Shown here in pieces: positions 10,101 to 18,885 of a stretch of DNA of 64,000 bases. Within the stretch, counting starts at the first letter, position 1. Each line of letters opens with the position of its first letter. The notes under the pieces were generated by a model that saw only the letters and a list, made by a program, of their open reading frames with translations, made no database searches and had not been told where the DNA came from. This DNA comes from Bacteroidaceae bacterium (GTDB lineage Bacteria; Bacteroidota; Bacteroidia; Bacteroidales; Bacteroidaceae): contig JAZNGW010000028.1 of the NCBI GenBank assembly GCA_045576655.1, forward strand, positions 35,885 to 99,884. Direction: 5' to 3'. The translations under genes and the position numbers were made by a program.

Positions 10101-12152
10101 AGGAGTTGACACATTTACGTATCCGTCATATCCTTCTTTGAGTATTTCTGCCTCAGCCGCAGCCAACGCCTCGCCGAGCACCTCAGCCGCAGCAGTGTGC
10201 ATCTTCTTTCCGGAAAGCGCCTTGGCATTATCAATGTACTTCTGAAGTTCAGCCTTGAAGTCCGCTTCATTTCCTACATAGTAGAGGCGGAAGTTGTCAA
10301 CCGAAATCCAGTTACCGCTGGCGTTCTCCGCCATGAATCCTATCTCCGCCTCGCTTTCGATATTGACGAATGTGAGCACATACTCGCCAGTCTTGCCTAC
10401 CGACTCCTTGGTTCCGTTGGCAAAGATCCACGCACCTGTCTGCGTCACCGACGAGTTCTGCTGAATGTTCTGCGCACCAGCCTTCAACTGATACACGCCC
10501 ACTTCAAGACCTACAACATTCTGCAAGGCATAGCCGTTTCCGACACGGTTGCCCTGGCTGACCCACTTCTCCATGTAGACAGAGCCCTTCTTCTGGGTAA
10601 ATGACGTGTTAGTCTGGGTAACCAGTCCGCTCACGGTCCATCCCGTAGTCTGACTCTCGAAACTTGGGTTTGCTATGAGCGAAGTCTTATCTATAGGATT
10701 ATCAATCGAAGCATTGCCGTTGCGATAGTTTGTCACAGCCGAGACAAGCGAGTTGATGGCATCATTGACTTCCTTGCCAGTAGCGTCGGCGTTGCCATAC
10801 ACGGCGTTAGCCGCATCGATGGCAGACTTCAAGTCAGCAGCACCCTTGCCGCTGCCGTCGCCATAGAGCGCTGTCGCGTCACTGATGGCAGACTTCAAAC
10901 TGGCTGTAAGTTCCGACTTCTCCACTCCCTTAAAGATGAGTTCAAAACCCTGGAAGTTTGCCCACTGGTTGCTTGATGTCACCGCATACTTGATATTCAT
11001 TTCGCCCGTCGCGCTCACTGCTATGTTCTTTGCCCACGCCATAGCGTCGCCATGAGCCAAAGCCTGTCCGCACGACTGCATTCCGTTAGGCTGAATCTTA
11101 CCGTTCGAGCTCGACCAGTTATTGCCCGAAGTGTTTGTCACACCATAGTCAAGAGTTCCCATCAGCGGAGTCTTGCCCGTGTAAGTTCCCTTGCCAGTCT
11201 TCACCGTAAGAGTCGGAGCCGAACCCGAACCGTCCTCGCGATACAACGAATGGAAACCCACGTCATACGTGCCAAGAGGCACTATAGCATCCTGCACAAG
11301 CGTGAATGCAGAATGATAAATCTCCATTTCGCCCCATCCCGTAGCAGGCGAAGCACTTCCCCAGCCCTTAGCGCTCATTCCGCTGATAAAGTCGGCATTC
11401 TCGAGCAGGAACGACACGTTCAGTTCGCCGCTTATGTCGACAAACACCTTGCCGAACAACTTGCGCGAAGCCTCAGTGATACTCTCCACCGTGGCACGCC
11501 CGCTATTGTAAGCCGCCAAAGCCTCATCGAGAGCATCCTTATGCACCTCGGCCTTTCCAGCATCAGCAAGCGACTTGTATATGCCATACAGCCCCCTCTT
11601 CGCCTTGTACAGAGCATAGGCGCCATTAGTCAGGTTGCCCTCCTTGATGAACGCCCACTTTGTCTTGCCGGCACCATCCGTCAAAGTCAGATGACCGCCG
11701 TAAGTCCACGATACATCGAGAGCCTTGCCAAACTGGTCATTAGTCAGCGTGTAGACATTCTTGTCGCCAGTCTCCGCATAAGTGAAATAAGGGTTCGTAT
11801 TCTTGTTCATCACCACATCGTAGGCAGCGTCGCTTGCACAAGAAAAATAGTAACTGCCGCCCTTCTCCTTATTCCTCATACGGATTTTGCCGTCAGCCAC
11901 AAACACGTAGCTCTGCTGAGGAGTCGAAGCCTTCACATCGCCGTTCGACAGACGAGTGGCGCAAACCTGCGTATTGCTCGTCATACCATACATGGCAAAA
12001 GCGTCAGCCTCCACATTATATACATACACTATGTCCGACGAGCGCAAGCCGTCCAGACTTTCACCAGGCACCTGAGGCGCCGTCCATGTCTGAGCACCAG
12101 CCATAAGGAACGTCCCCGCCAAAAGGCACAAAATCAAAGTAAATCTTTTCAT
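7167..12152 (-). CDS. Giant T9SS cargo protein, paralog P1: shared N-terminal array + clan GH-A 'Glyco_hydro_cc' (PF11790/GH128-like) core + Fn3 + lectin-like repeats + T9SS CTD
   Basis: - Signal peptide 'MKRFTLILCLLAGTFLMAGAQTW'.
- Glycosidase motifs 'WCYDWGPG', 'KTDNEPG' (acid/base, nt 9123..9131), 'CDILDMHCYW' and 'KRPIWISEF' (nucleophile Glu, nt 8862..8864).
- C-terminal '...GIYMVRSANSVVKVVVR' sorting-domain-like tail. Confidence 0.75.
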   Translation of the reverse strand: MKRFTLILCLLAGTFLMAGAQTWTAPQVPGESLDGLRSSDIVYVYNVEADAFAMYGMTSNTQVCATRLSNGDVKASTPQQSYVFVADGKIRMRNKEKGGSYYFSCASDAAYDVVMNKNTNPYFTYAETGDKNVYTLTNDQFGKALDVSWTYGGHLTLTDGAGKTKWAFIKEGNLTNGAYALYKAKRGLYGIYKSLADAGKAEVHKDALDEALAAYNSGRATVESITEASRKLFGKVFVDISGELNVSFLLENADFISGMSAKGWGSASPATGWGEMEIYHSAFTLVQDAIVPLGTYDVGFHSLYREDGSGSAPTLTVKTGKGTYTGKTPLMGTLDYGVTNTSGNNWSSSNGKIQPNGMQSCGQALAHGDAMAWAKNIAVSATGEMNIKYAVTSSNQWANFQGFELIFKGVEKSELTASLKSAISDATALYGDGSGKGAADLKSAIDAANAVYGNADATGKEVNDAINSLVSAVTNYRNGNASIDNPIDKTSLIANPSFESQTTGWTVSGLVTQTNTSFTQKKGSVYMEKWVSQGNRVGNGYALQNVVGLEVGVYQLKAGAQNIQQNSSVTQTGAWIFANGTKESVGKTGEYVLTFVNIESEAEIGFMAENASGNWISVDNFRLYYVGNEADFKAELQKYIDNAKALSGKKMHTAAAEVLGEALAAAEAEILKEGYDGYVNVSTPLRKATDEAEESSAAYANLLAAIEAAEQEYASSQNEVLLSAINMAKGLYEDGETSYADLENVAAFLKDAKNNPNTAYQVTSAINVTEAVDFHIAGITPFATAGSVNIVNPDAVVIIDKTKPSLVLARHMQNIYINGEAAQNNVNCQVRMYNTGTIIYPYGKDFKPLTVYSEQNFEGTAVNDFGLENSGGYMNTLTDAKLNNAIRSFKLKRGYMVTFSIGARGRGYSRCFIADHEDLEFATLPAVLDKHITSYRVFKWNNAQKKGLASDTGAEGNQVLNSAWCYDWGPGQDRGVDTETVPHKIHKSWPAVADCGRVTYSPHMKTDNEPGNSADDQPGTVAEVLAYWEDAMATGMRLCSPSSHDGSLNWLREFMNEIDARGWRCDILDMHCYWPAGSFPGLQNWYNDYKRPIWISEFVWGASWNNNGIFAGDRSFSEAAQQANYEGMRPILENLNRWPYVERYAYWNSEADCSKIYKYGTGLSILGEFYAEMNSGLGYNENYQYVPRVVYKSPSNLTVDFAASKKVATLKWNHPNGELADSVVLERKIEEESNLYVAVRTLYDVENTTLTVNDTLLGKSGAVYYRIREYDSDRKVRTTNEVMISIPSATGNDFVKYGSLAILDTDPVTVEFNYPYEVAPAVFTGLVTSKNADAVPTSLVTDVEKDKFTYKYFALQHQDDPVSFTKVENVPFMSLPLGNHTFGDMDIEVATTAVMGDTLEVKFAKPFPKGITPVVLAELNPTITAEPYFVRVWDVTNEGFKVITFHEEAAGVQVTTAQPLFYAAFTPGSECIDEEEGLLLTAGLSDEKVYGIGARNLYFTDCDYDEEGNVTRNDTLLLEDPLVFASMRTFNYTGGAVLRQSSVYNETIDDKTYVEYMKVRKLVDSSKTGIKNNSSTADLFGWVALSKGGISTDAVGIDGVASQGEGAGMSVSVVDRRIIVHGTDDFEVFTLGGTKLSSAAVQQPGIYMVRSANSVVKVVVR

Positions 12153-12240
12153 ACAATATTATAATGGTTAAAACGTTTCCGCACATTTCTTCCATTATAA
12201 GACTGCATACCCGTCACAAAGTTTAAACAAGCCCCTAAAA

Positions 12241-12590
12241 TATATAGGAGTTAAGAAGGTAAGGAGGTTAGAAAGTAAGGAACTCAAGAACTCAAAAACT
12301 CAATCAACCACAGATTTCTCAGATTACAAGGATTTTAATCTGTGTCGATTTGTGTAATCTGTAGTAGTTAGGAAGCAAGGAGGTTAGTGACGTAGGGTGC
12401 ACCCCTTGCGGGTGCCCTCATAAGGAGTTAAATCACAGAAGTTATAATCGGAAGTTAAAGGGAACGAGGTAACGTTTATCGTTGAAGGTTTATAGTTTAT
12501 CGTAGGGGCTGGGGTTGCCCGCCCTAAGTATTTAGAGCCGCAGATTCCGCAGATTCACATTTGATGATGATAACGGGAACGCTGATGCCG
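12241..12590. repeat. Mosaic of short dispersed word repeats in a 465-bp spacer
   Basis: Contains GGAGTTAA/GAAGTTAA words, CAGATT words, AACGGGAACG words and GC hairpins (e.g. GCACCC-cttgc-GGGTGC at ~12398..12414). The same words recur at 18.7, 46.8 and 62.3-62.6 kb. Confidence 0.7.
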
Positions 12591-12617
12591 TTGCTCTTTG
12601 TTCATAAATGGTAGAAC

Positions 12618-13472
12618 TCACTTCAGTTCCAGCGGTTGGTGGACGTGTGCTTTCTGGAGGAATGGCAGACCGTTGGCGTATATGTAATTGTTGCCAATCA
12701 CTGTAATGTTGTTGATGTATTGGTTAATGGATGCCGTTCCGTTTCCGCCAATGTGATGGTACGGGTTCTTGGCATACTGCTTGCTGCCGAATATCTGGTT
12801 GCGGTATTTCAGCAGTTTGGAGTACTCCATGCGCTCGATGTCGACGCTTGGGGTGTAGGTGATTGGTGTTGCTTCGCGGCGCAGTTCGGCAAGGACGAAG
12901 CGGTGGGCGTCGCCTTCTGCCTTCACGATGATGCCAGGCAGTCCGCGCAAACGCCAGGGACCTGCAGACGATGGGATTTCTTCCGTGTACCATGCATCCC
13001 AACGTATTCCCCTGAAGGTCATCTCCGCGCGGTGGCACAGATAACCGCTAATGGTCAGCGTGTCGTCCGTAAGATTCCATTCCATTTGCGGTATTGGCTC
13101 GTGGCCTTCAAATGTGTGTGGAAATATGATTTCTTTCACCAGTGTCTCGCCCTCCGGATAGTTTATCCATACGGTTGGCATGTGTACGAGCGCCTCCTTG
13201 TGCTCCATTGCCATGGATTTTTTCCAGTCGTCGTCCTCGATGTCTTTGCCCTTTTCCTTTATGTATTGCATCAGGGGCTGAGACTTTGTTACGATTTGCC
13301 CCACTTGTACGACCAGCTGTATGGAGTCGCACACTGCCTCACCCTCATCATCGAGCGTGTTTACGGTATAGTCGTAGATTACGGCGAACTGCGCCGTATC
13401 TATACTGTCTTTTGTCTGTGCCTGCACTCCGATAGTCAGTGCGAAGGCGATGAATGATAGAATCTTTTTCAT
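12618..13472 (-). CDS. GLPGLI family protein
   Basis: Signal peptide. Family-defining motif 'LRGLPGIIVKAEGD' in a ~280-aa protein. Confidence 0.8.
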   Translation of the reverse strand: MKKILSFIAFALTIGVQAQTKDSIDTAQFAVIYDYTVNTLDDEGEAVCDSIQLVVQVGQIVTKSQPLMQYIKEKGKDIEDDDWKKSMAMEHKEALVHMPTVWINYPEGETLVKEIIFPHTFEGHEPIPQMEWNLTDDTLTISGYLCHRAEMTFRGIRWDAWYTEEIPSSAGPWRLRGLPGIIVKAEGDAHRFVLAELRREATPITYTPSVDIERMEYSKLLKYRNQIFGSKQYAKNPYHHIGGNGTASINQYINNITVIGNNYIYANGLPFLQKAHVHQPLELK

Positions 13473-13617
13473 TTTCGTTATTAGGGTTTGTTAACGAGCC
13501 CTCGTTTGTAAATAAATGAGCCCTCGTTTGCAAATAAATGAGCCCTCGTTCGTAAATAAACGCTACACCGTTTGCAAATAAATGCAGAAGCGTTGATATA
13601 AAAATGCTTCTCCGTTC

Positions 13618-14511
13618 TTATTCAATTTCGAGCGGTTGGTATACGTGACCCTCGGAGAGAACAATAACTCCTGCTACACTAATGATTTGCTGGTCGGAGA
13701 GGTTGCTGAGGTGATGTTCCCGGTAACCGAACGCTTCCATTGCACTTGGAGCGTAATATGTGGGATTCTGCACATAGCGCGGATTGCCGAGCACCTTCTT
13801 CTTGTGCTTCAGAAATTTCTTGGCGGTCATCTTCTGGTAGTCAATTCGTTGTCTTGCCATGCTCATTTTCCCTGAATTCATTTGAGGTACGAACCAATTG
13901 AGATACTCTGTAAATATCAGTGGTTGCTCTTCGTTGAGAAGTCCGCAAAGAGCGAATGAGTGTATTCCCTCCTCATCTTCCACCTTGGTTATCATACCTG
14001 GCAGCCCACCCAATTTCCAAGGGCCTATGCTTGCCGGAATCTCTTCCGTGTAGAATGCTTTCCATGTTTTGCCACGGAATTTTGTCTCTGCCGCATGACA
14101 CAGGTATCCGAATATGGAGTCCTCCTGTTCACTGAGATTCCACTTTTGCTTTTGCAGAGGTTCGTCCGTCTGGTAGAGGGAGGGGTAAAGTTCTTCCTGC
14201 ACAGTGATACGTCCTTCAGGATAGTTCAGAAAGACATCGCCCATGTGCATCTGCGCGGCTTTTTGGGTGTAGTAGCTGTCGGTCTTTTTCTTTGTCTGCT
14301 TGTTGTAAGAGTTGTAAGGGAAACTCTTGGTCACTCCGTTGGCTGTCTGCACAGCAATAAGGAGCGAGTCGGTGATAAGCTCGCCGGCAGCATTCGTTGT
14401 CTTGCAACAGTACTGGTATATGGCAGTAAACTTCGACACTCCGATAGTGTCGTTTTGCGCCTGCGCCGTCATTGCCAGCAACAGAGCGAGAGCGAAGATA
14501 GTCTTTTTCAT
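13618..14511 (-). CDS. GLPGLI family protein (second tandem copy)
   Basis: Internal Met gives 'MKKTIFALALLLAMTAQAQ'. Motif 'LGGLPGMITKVEDEE'. The ORF-track start at 14580 would overlap the upstream gene. Confidence 0.8.
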   Translation of the reverse strand: MKKTIFALALLLAMTAQAQNDTIGVSKFTAIYQYCCKTTNAAGELITDSLLIAVQTANGVTKSFPYNSYNKQTKKKTDSYYTQKAAQMHMGDVFLNYPEGRITVQEELYPSLYQTDEPLQKQKWNLSEQEDSIFGYLCHAAETKFRGKTWKAFYTEEIPASIGPWKLGGLPGMITKVEDEEGIHSFALCGLLNEEQPLIFTEYLNWFVPQMNSGKMSMARQRIDYQKMTAKKFLKHKKKVLGNPRYVQNPTYYAPSAMEAFGYREHHLSNLSDQQIISVAGVIVLSEGHVYQPLEIE

Positions 14512-14537
14512 ATCAATGCGTTTAATTACAAAGGTTA

Positions 14538-17108
14538 TTATAAAGAGAATGTCAATCGTAGCATGGCGGTGCGTCCGCACAGGCCATAGTCGTAGCTGTA
14601 GGTGTTGATGCCGTCGAAGACGGTGTAGGAGTACGAACGTTGGTTGAGCAGGTTGTTGAGTTCGAGTCTCAGCACGGCACGCTTGAACTTATATTGTGCC
14701 GAGGCATTGAAGAGCGACATGTGCTTGTAGCGGTTAGGAGCAATCTGTCGACGCACATAGTCGTAGTTGGCAGAGAGGTCGAGCTGCGGCACGGGGAATA
14801 TGTGCAGTCCGCCGTTGTGGCTGAGCGATGTCGTAGTGTTGCGTGTCATGCCATACGACGAACGCGTCCATCCGTAGTTGATATTGTAGTTGAGTTCAAG
14901 CCAATGGATTGGAGAGACAGCGACATTTCCTCGCAGAGTATAGCTCTCGTTGTCTGTAGCAATGACATTGTCGCCTACTGCCTGTTCGCTGTCGCCAAAG
15001 GAGTAACTGCCGTGAACGCCGAATTTGGCGAAAATAGCAGGAATGTTCTTCGTCGTTGAGATGCTGAACGAAGTAGTGCGCGTATAGGTGTCGCGGAAGA
15101 GCGACTGCGTACTGACGTCAGTTCCGCTGACTGTCTGCGAATAGAGGGTATTGCGCTTTCCCTCGTTGTGGGAAGCATTAACATCGAAAGTGAAGTAGCT
15201 GAGCGGTATCTGCAATTTCCAGCCAGCCGAAGTGCTCCAGTTGCGTGACTCGCCAATCACCCCCGACGCAGTTCGCGTGGTGCGGTAGTCAATCTGCATT
15301 GGTTCCGTCAGCAGGTCGAGCATGTCGCCAGTGCCGTAGTTGAGACTTGTCGATGCGGTCAGTTTGCTGTTGGCTGAGAACGTGTAACTGAGATTGAGAT
15401 TAGGGTTAAGGTAGAATTTCGTCAGTTGCGTGTCGCCATAATTCATCATGCGCAGCGTTAAAGGTACGCCAAGTGAGGAATAGAATCGGCGGTCACTGCT
15501 TCGCCATTCGAAGCCGGGCTGGAACGATGGTATGACGGTCCATCCGCTCAGGCGATTGACATCGTTTTCAGGTGTGCGCACCGTCTCGACAAAATCGTAA
15601 TTGGCCTGCAGATTCACTGGCAAATTCAAGGTAATTTTCTCGCTCAGACGTATGTCGAACGAAGTGCTGTGGCGAGTATCTAACGTTGTTGACTGGGCGG
15701 TCTGTCCGTAGGCCGCGCCTTTGTTGCCGAACGACAAGTGCAGAGTCGGCGTGCGCAAGAACTTAATATTGGAATAAAGCGAGTAGCGATGGTCGTTGAT
15801 CATACGCGACAAGTTGAACGAGTTGTCAGCCTCGATCGAGGTTGTTCGGCGCTGTTGCGAAGCACGCTCGCTGTTGTAGACCATATTTCCCTCGTTGCGC
15901 TCAAAGAGCGCCTTCAGCGTGAAGGTTTCGCTTGTATAGCGCCACCGCTCGTTTTCCCTGTAGTCAAGAGAGATTTTAGGCAAATGTTGTATGCCCAGAG
16001 GCGAGGTCTTCTCGCTCACGGTGATGTATTCGCCTCCTTCGCCCAGGTAAGTTGTTGCTGAAGCGATATCATGGGTTGCACGGCGATAGGTATAGTCGGC
16101 ATTGACACGCACCGTAGTGCTGCTGTCCAACTTCAGAATGCCGTTGAGCGACGTCATAGCGTTGCGTCGGTAGTCCGACTCACCCTGCGGCGGGTGTCCT
16201 CCGTCGAATCCGCCAAACAACGAAGTGGCTTTAGTGGAGAGTCCGCCTCCGCCGTAGTGATAGACCAAGTCGCCTGTTCCGTAATTCTTGTGATTGCCAA
16301 TCTTAGCGGAGCAGATGGTCTGGAAATTATCCGTAAACATCATGCCTGTCAGTCCCAACAGTCCTAACCATTCGTCTCTGCCGTCCTGCATATACCCGAG
16401 TCCTGCCTCTTCCTGTCCGAAAGGTTTGAATTTTGCTTTCTTTGCCAGTTTTATGTTCAGCGCGACAGCATCGCTTGGTTTGTCTTGGTCAATCTTACGC
16501 GCATGGTAGTTGCGCACGACCTCGACCTTAGTCACCATGTCGGCACCCATGTTGCGAGTGGCAAGGTTGTACTTGCCGCCGAGCATGTCGAGGCCTTCAA
16601 TATTGAACGCTGAAATACCCTTGCCCATGTAGGAGATGGCTCCGTTCTTCGAAACTTCCAGTCCAGGCAAACGCTTGAGTCCGTCCTCCAATGTGACATC
16701 TCCCTTGCCCAAAAACGAAGCCAAATTGTAACTCAGCGTGTCGCCGTTCACCCAGAGAGGTGTAGCACGCACCTTCACCTCTTTCAGTGTTATATTCTTT
16801 GGAGTTAGCACCATGTCAACCTTGTTCTCCTTTTCTTTCAGAGAAAGCGCCTCCACCTCCTTTTCGTAGCCGATATGGTTGAAATGGAGCGTGGTTTCGC
16901 CTGTCGGAGTGCTCTGCAGTTCCATGATGTACACGCCCTGTGAATTGCTACTGGTGAATGCCAATGTCTTATTGCCACCCATCAGCTTGACGATAACATC
17001 TCCCACAGGTTTGTTCTGCAGGTCTATCACCCGTCCAGTCACCTTGACTTGAGCACAAGCAGTCGTCGCTAATGCCGCAAACAATAGTATGTAAATAAAT
17101 CGCTTCAT
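14538..17108 (-). CDS. TonB-dependent-receptor-like outer-membrane beta-barrel with N-terminal carboxypeptidase-regulatory-like domain
   Basis: Start at 'MKRFIYILLFAALATTACAQ'. 'VKVTGRVIDLQNKPVGDVIVKL' is a CarbopepD_reg-like motif. It has a plug-like region and a C-terminal aromatic-rich barrel ending '...MLRLTFSL'. It sits directly upstream of the two GLPGLI genes. Confidence 0.7.
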   Translation of the reverse strand: MKRFIYILLFAALATTACAQVKVTGRVIDLQNKPVGDVIVKLMGGNKTLAFTSSNSQGVYIMELQSTPTGETTLHFNHIGYEKEVEALSLKEKENKVDMVLTPKNITLKEVKVRATPLWVNGDTLSYNLASFLGKGDVTLEDGLKRLPGLEVSKNGAISYMGKGISAFNIEGLDMLGGKYNLATRNMGADMVTKVEVVRNYHARKIDQDKPSDAVALNIKLAKKAKFKPFGQEEAGLGYMQDGRDEWLGLLGLTGMMFTDNFQTICSAKIGNHKNYGTGDLVYHYGGGGLSTKATSLFGGFDGGHPPQGESDYRRNAMTSLNGILKLDSSTTVRVNADYTYRRATHDIASATTYLGEGGEYITVSEKTSPLGIQHLPKISLDYRENERWRYTSETFTLKALFERNEGNMVYNSERASQQRRTTSIEADNSFNLSRMINDHRYSLYSNIKFLRTPTLHLSFGNKGAAYGQTAQSTTLDTRHSTSFDIRLSEKITLNLPVNLQANYDFVETVRTPENDVNRLSGWTVIPSFQPGFEWRSSDRRFYSSLGVPLTLRMMNYGDTQLTKFYLNPNLNLSYTFSANSKLTASTSLNYGTGDMLDLLTEPMQIDYRTTRTASGVIGESRNWSTSAGWKLQIPLSYFTFDVNASHNEGKRNTLYSQTVSGTDVSTQSLFRDTYTRTTSFSISTTKNIPAIFAKFGVHGSYSFGDSEQAVGDNVIATDNESYTLRGNVAVSPIHWLELNYNINYGWTRSSYGMTRNTTTSLSHNGGLHIFPVPQLDLSANYDYVRRQIAPNRYKHMSLFNASAQYKFKRAVLRLELNNLLNQRSYSYTVFDGINTYSYDYGLCGRTAMLRLTFSL

Positions 17109-17352
17109 GGATATTAATAATTCTAATTCGAGGGATTGACACACATGGGCTTTTCCGAAATGGCAGGCGCAAAGTAAAACCAAATCTTTAGAATACTAAA
17201 ATATTAGTAAAGGAAATAGCGCTCCTAACCAAAACATTTAACTTCCATTTTTAGTAATAGAATCGGAGTTATTAGTAGTTAACAAATGGGGCGCAAAAGC
17301 TCTTTACTGCTGTGCCGATTTTTCACAACGCTGAAGCGCTGATAAATAAAAC

Positions 17353-17380
17353 GGTGCAGCATTTTTGTTAACGCTGCACC
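17353..17380 (-). terminator. Rho-independent terminator of fucP
   Basis: GGTGCAGC / GCTGCACC stem. On the minus strand it is followed by GTTTTATTTAT. Confidence 0.55.
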
Positions 17381-17410
17381 ATTTTCATTCTGTTGTTTTC
17401 CCCTACTCTT

Positions 17411-18694
17411 TCACTTTCTGCGATAGGAGCGGAAGCCGTAGAGTGTGACGAAGAGGAAGCACACGAGCGGCAGGACGAACGAGACGTTGACGGCTGGATG
17501 GCCGCAAATAACGCCCATGTCGATGAGCAGTCCCTGGAGGGGAGGCATGACGGCTCCGCCTACGATGGCCATGACGAGGAAGGCTGCGCCGAGCGATGTG
17601 TCCCGAGTCTCAACCTTCTCAAGGGCTATGCCGTAGATTGTCGGGAACATGAGCGACATGAACGTGGAGATGCCTACAAGGCAATAGAGTCCGGCTATGC
17701 CGACGATGCTTATTGCGCCAAGGGTGCATGCCATTGCTCCTATGCCGAAGAGGGCAAGGAGCAAGCGGGCGTTGACGTAGCGCATGAGGAAGGTGCTGAC
17801 GAAGCGACTGCACAAGAACATGCTCATGGCAAGGATGTTGTAGTTCTGGGCTGTGGCTTTGTTGATGCCAAGGTTGTCGGCATACTGGATGATGAAGGTC
17901 CACACCATGATCTGGGCTGCTACGTAGAACACCTGGGCAAGAACGCCTTCGCGGTAGACTACGTCGCTCCACAGGCGGCGGAGTGTGTTCATTGCCGAAT
18001 CTTGCTTTACGTCGGCTGATGTCTGCGGCATCTTCTTCAGGGCTATGACGATGAAGACGACGAGCACCACGAGTCCGAGCATGACGTAGGGGTCGCGGAT
18101 GACGGCAAGGTCGTGAAGACGGATGTCGGCTTTTGTCGCCTCGTCGAAAGTATGGAAAATGGTTTCGCCTGCTTCATTGCGCTTGTCGGAAATCAGGTTT
18201 GGCAGGACGATGAGGGAGGCTACCGCCATGCCTGAGAGCGAGCCCATAGGGTTGAACGCTTGTGCCAGGTTGAGACGGCGGGTGGAGGACTCTTTCGCGC
18301 CCAGCGTGAGGATGAAGGGATTGGCGGTTGTCTCGAGGAACGCCAAACCGAATGTAAGGATGTAGAGCGACATGCAGAAGAACACGAAGCTTTGCATCGA
18401 GGCTGCTGGGATGAAGAGGAATGCTCCCACGGCATAGAGTCCGAGGCCGAGCAGGATGCCGCTCTTATAGCTGTACTTGCGTATGAAGAGGGCTGCTGGG
18501 ATAGCCATTGTGGCATATCCGCCGTAGAAGGCGAACTGCACCCATGAGGCTTGGAAGGCGGTGAGTTCCATAACTGTCTGGAACGCCGCAACCATTGGGT
18601 TGGTTATGTCGTTGGCAAATCCCCACAGGGCAAAAAGGGATGTGATGAGGATAAACGTAACGAGATACTTTTTCTCTACTAATTTTGTTTGCAT
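17411..18694 (-). CDS. fucP: L-fucose:H+ symporter-type MFS permease
   Basis: 427-aa 12-TM product. N-terminal 'FILITSLFALWGFANDITNPMVAAFQ' and overall pattern are typical of FucP. Confidence 0.75.
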   Translation of the reverse strand: MQTKLVEKKYLVTFILITSLFALWGFANDITNPMVAAFQTVMELTAFQASWVQFAFYGGYATMAIPAALFIRKYSYKSGILLGLGLYAVGAFLFIPAASMQSFVFFCMSLYILTFGLAFLETTANPFILTLGAKESSTRRLNLAQAFNPMGSLSGMAVASLIVLPNLISDKRNEAGETIFHTFDEATKADIRLHDLAVIRDPYVMLGLVVLVVFIVIALKKMPQTSADVKQDSAMNTLRRLWSDVVYREGVLAQVFYVAAQIMVWTFIIQYADNLGINKATAQNYNILAMSMFLCSRFVSTFLMRYVNARLLLALFGIGAMACTLGAISIVGIAGLYCLVGISTFMSLMFPTIYGIALEKVETRDTSLGAAFLVMAIVGGAVMPPLQGLLIDMGVICGHPAVNVSFVLPLVCFLFVTLYGFRSYRRK

Positions 18695-18710
18695 AGTTGT
18701 TTTATTATTA

Positions 18711-18873
18711 GGAGTTAAAAGGGGATGTTAAATCACGGGAGTTAAATCACAGAAGTTAAATCACGGAAGTTAAAATCGGGGAATATGCCAAAGGACGTGC
18801 CGCCTCGCATCATTCGTCCCCAACGTAACTTCTCTAACGTAACTTCTCAAAATTTAACTTCTCAGTGAAACAT
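18711..18873. repeat. Composite inverted arrangement of ~14-bp word arrays (GAGTTAAATCACNG x4 facing AACGTAACTTCTC x3)
   Basis: Left array 18711..18783 and right array 18831..18873 are reverse-complement word families (GAAGTTAA vs TTAACTTC). They flank a GGGGA...TCCCC spacer. Confidence 0.7.
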
Positions 18874-18885
18874 CCCGTGCCCATC

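Noticed and set aside
14538-17108. SusC-like transporter that would define a PUL.
   Set aside because: No SusD-like lipoprotein gene follows it. The downstream genes are GLPGLI-family. At 856 aa it is short for SusC/RagA. It is annotated only as a TonB-receptor-like barrel.
17393-18019. 208-aa + strand ORF rich in His/Asp/Glu/Ala.
   Set aside because: It is antisense to the fucP coding region, which has a clear 12-TM MFS product.
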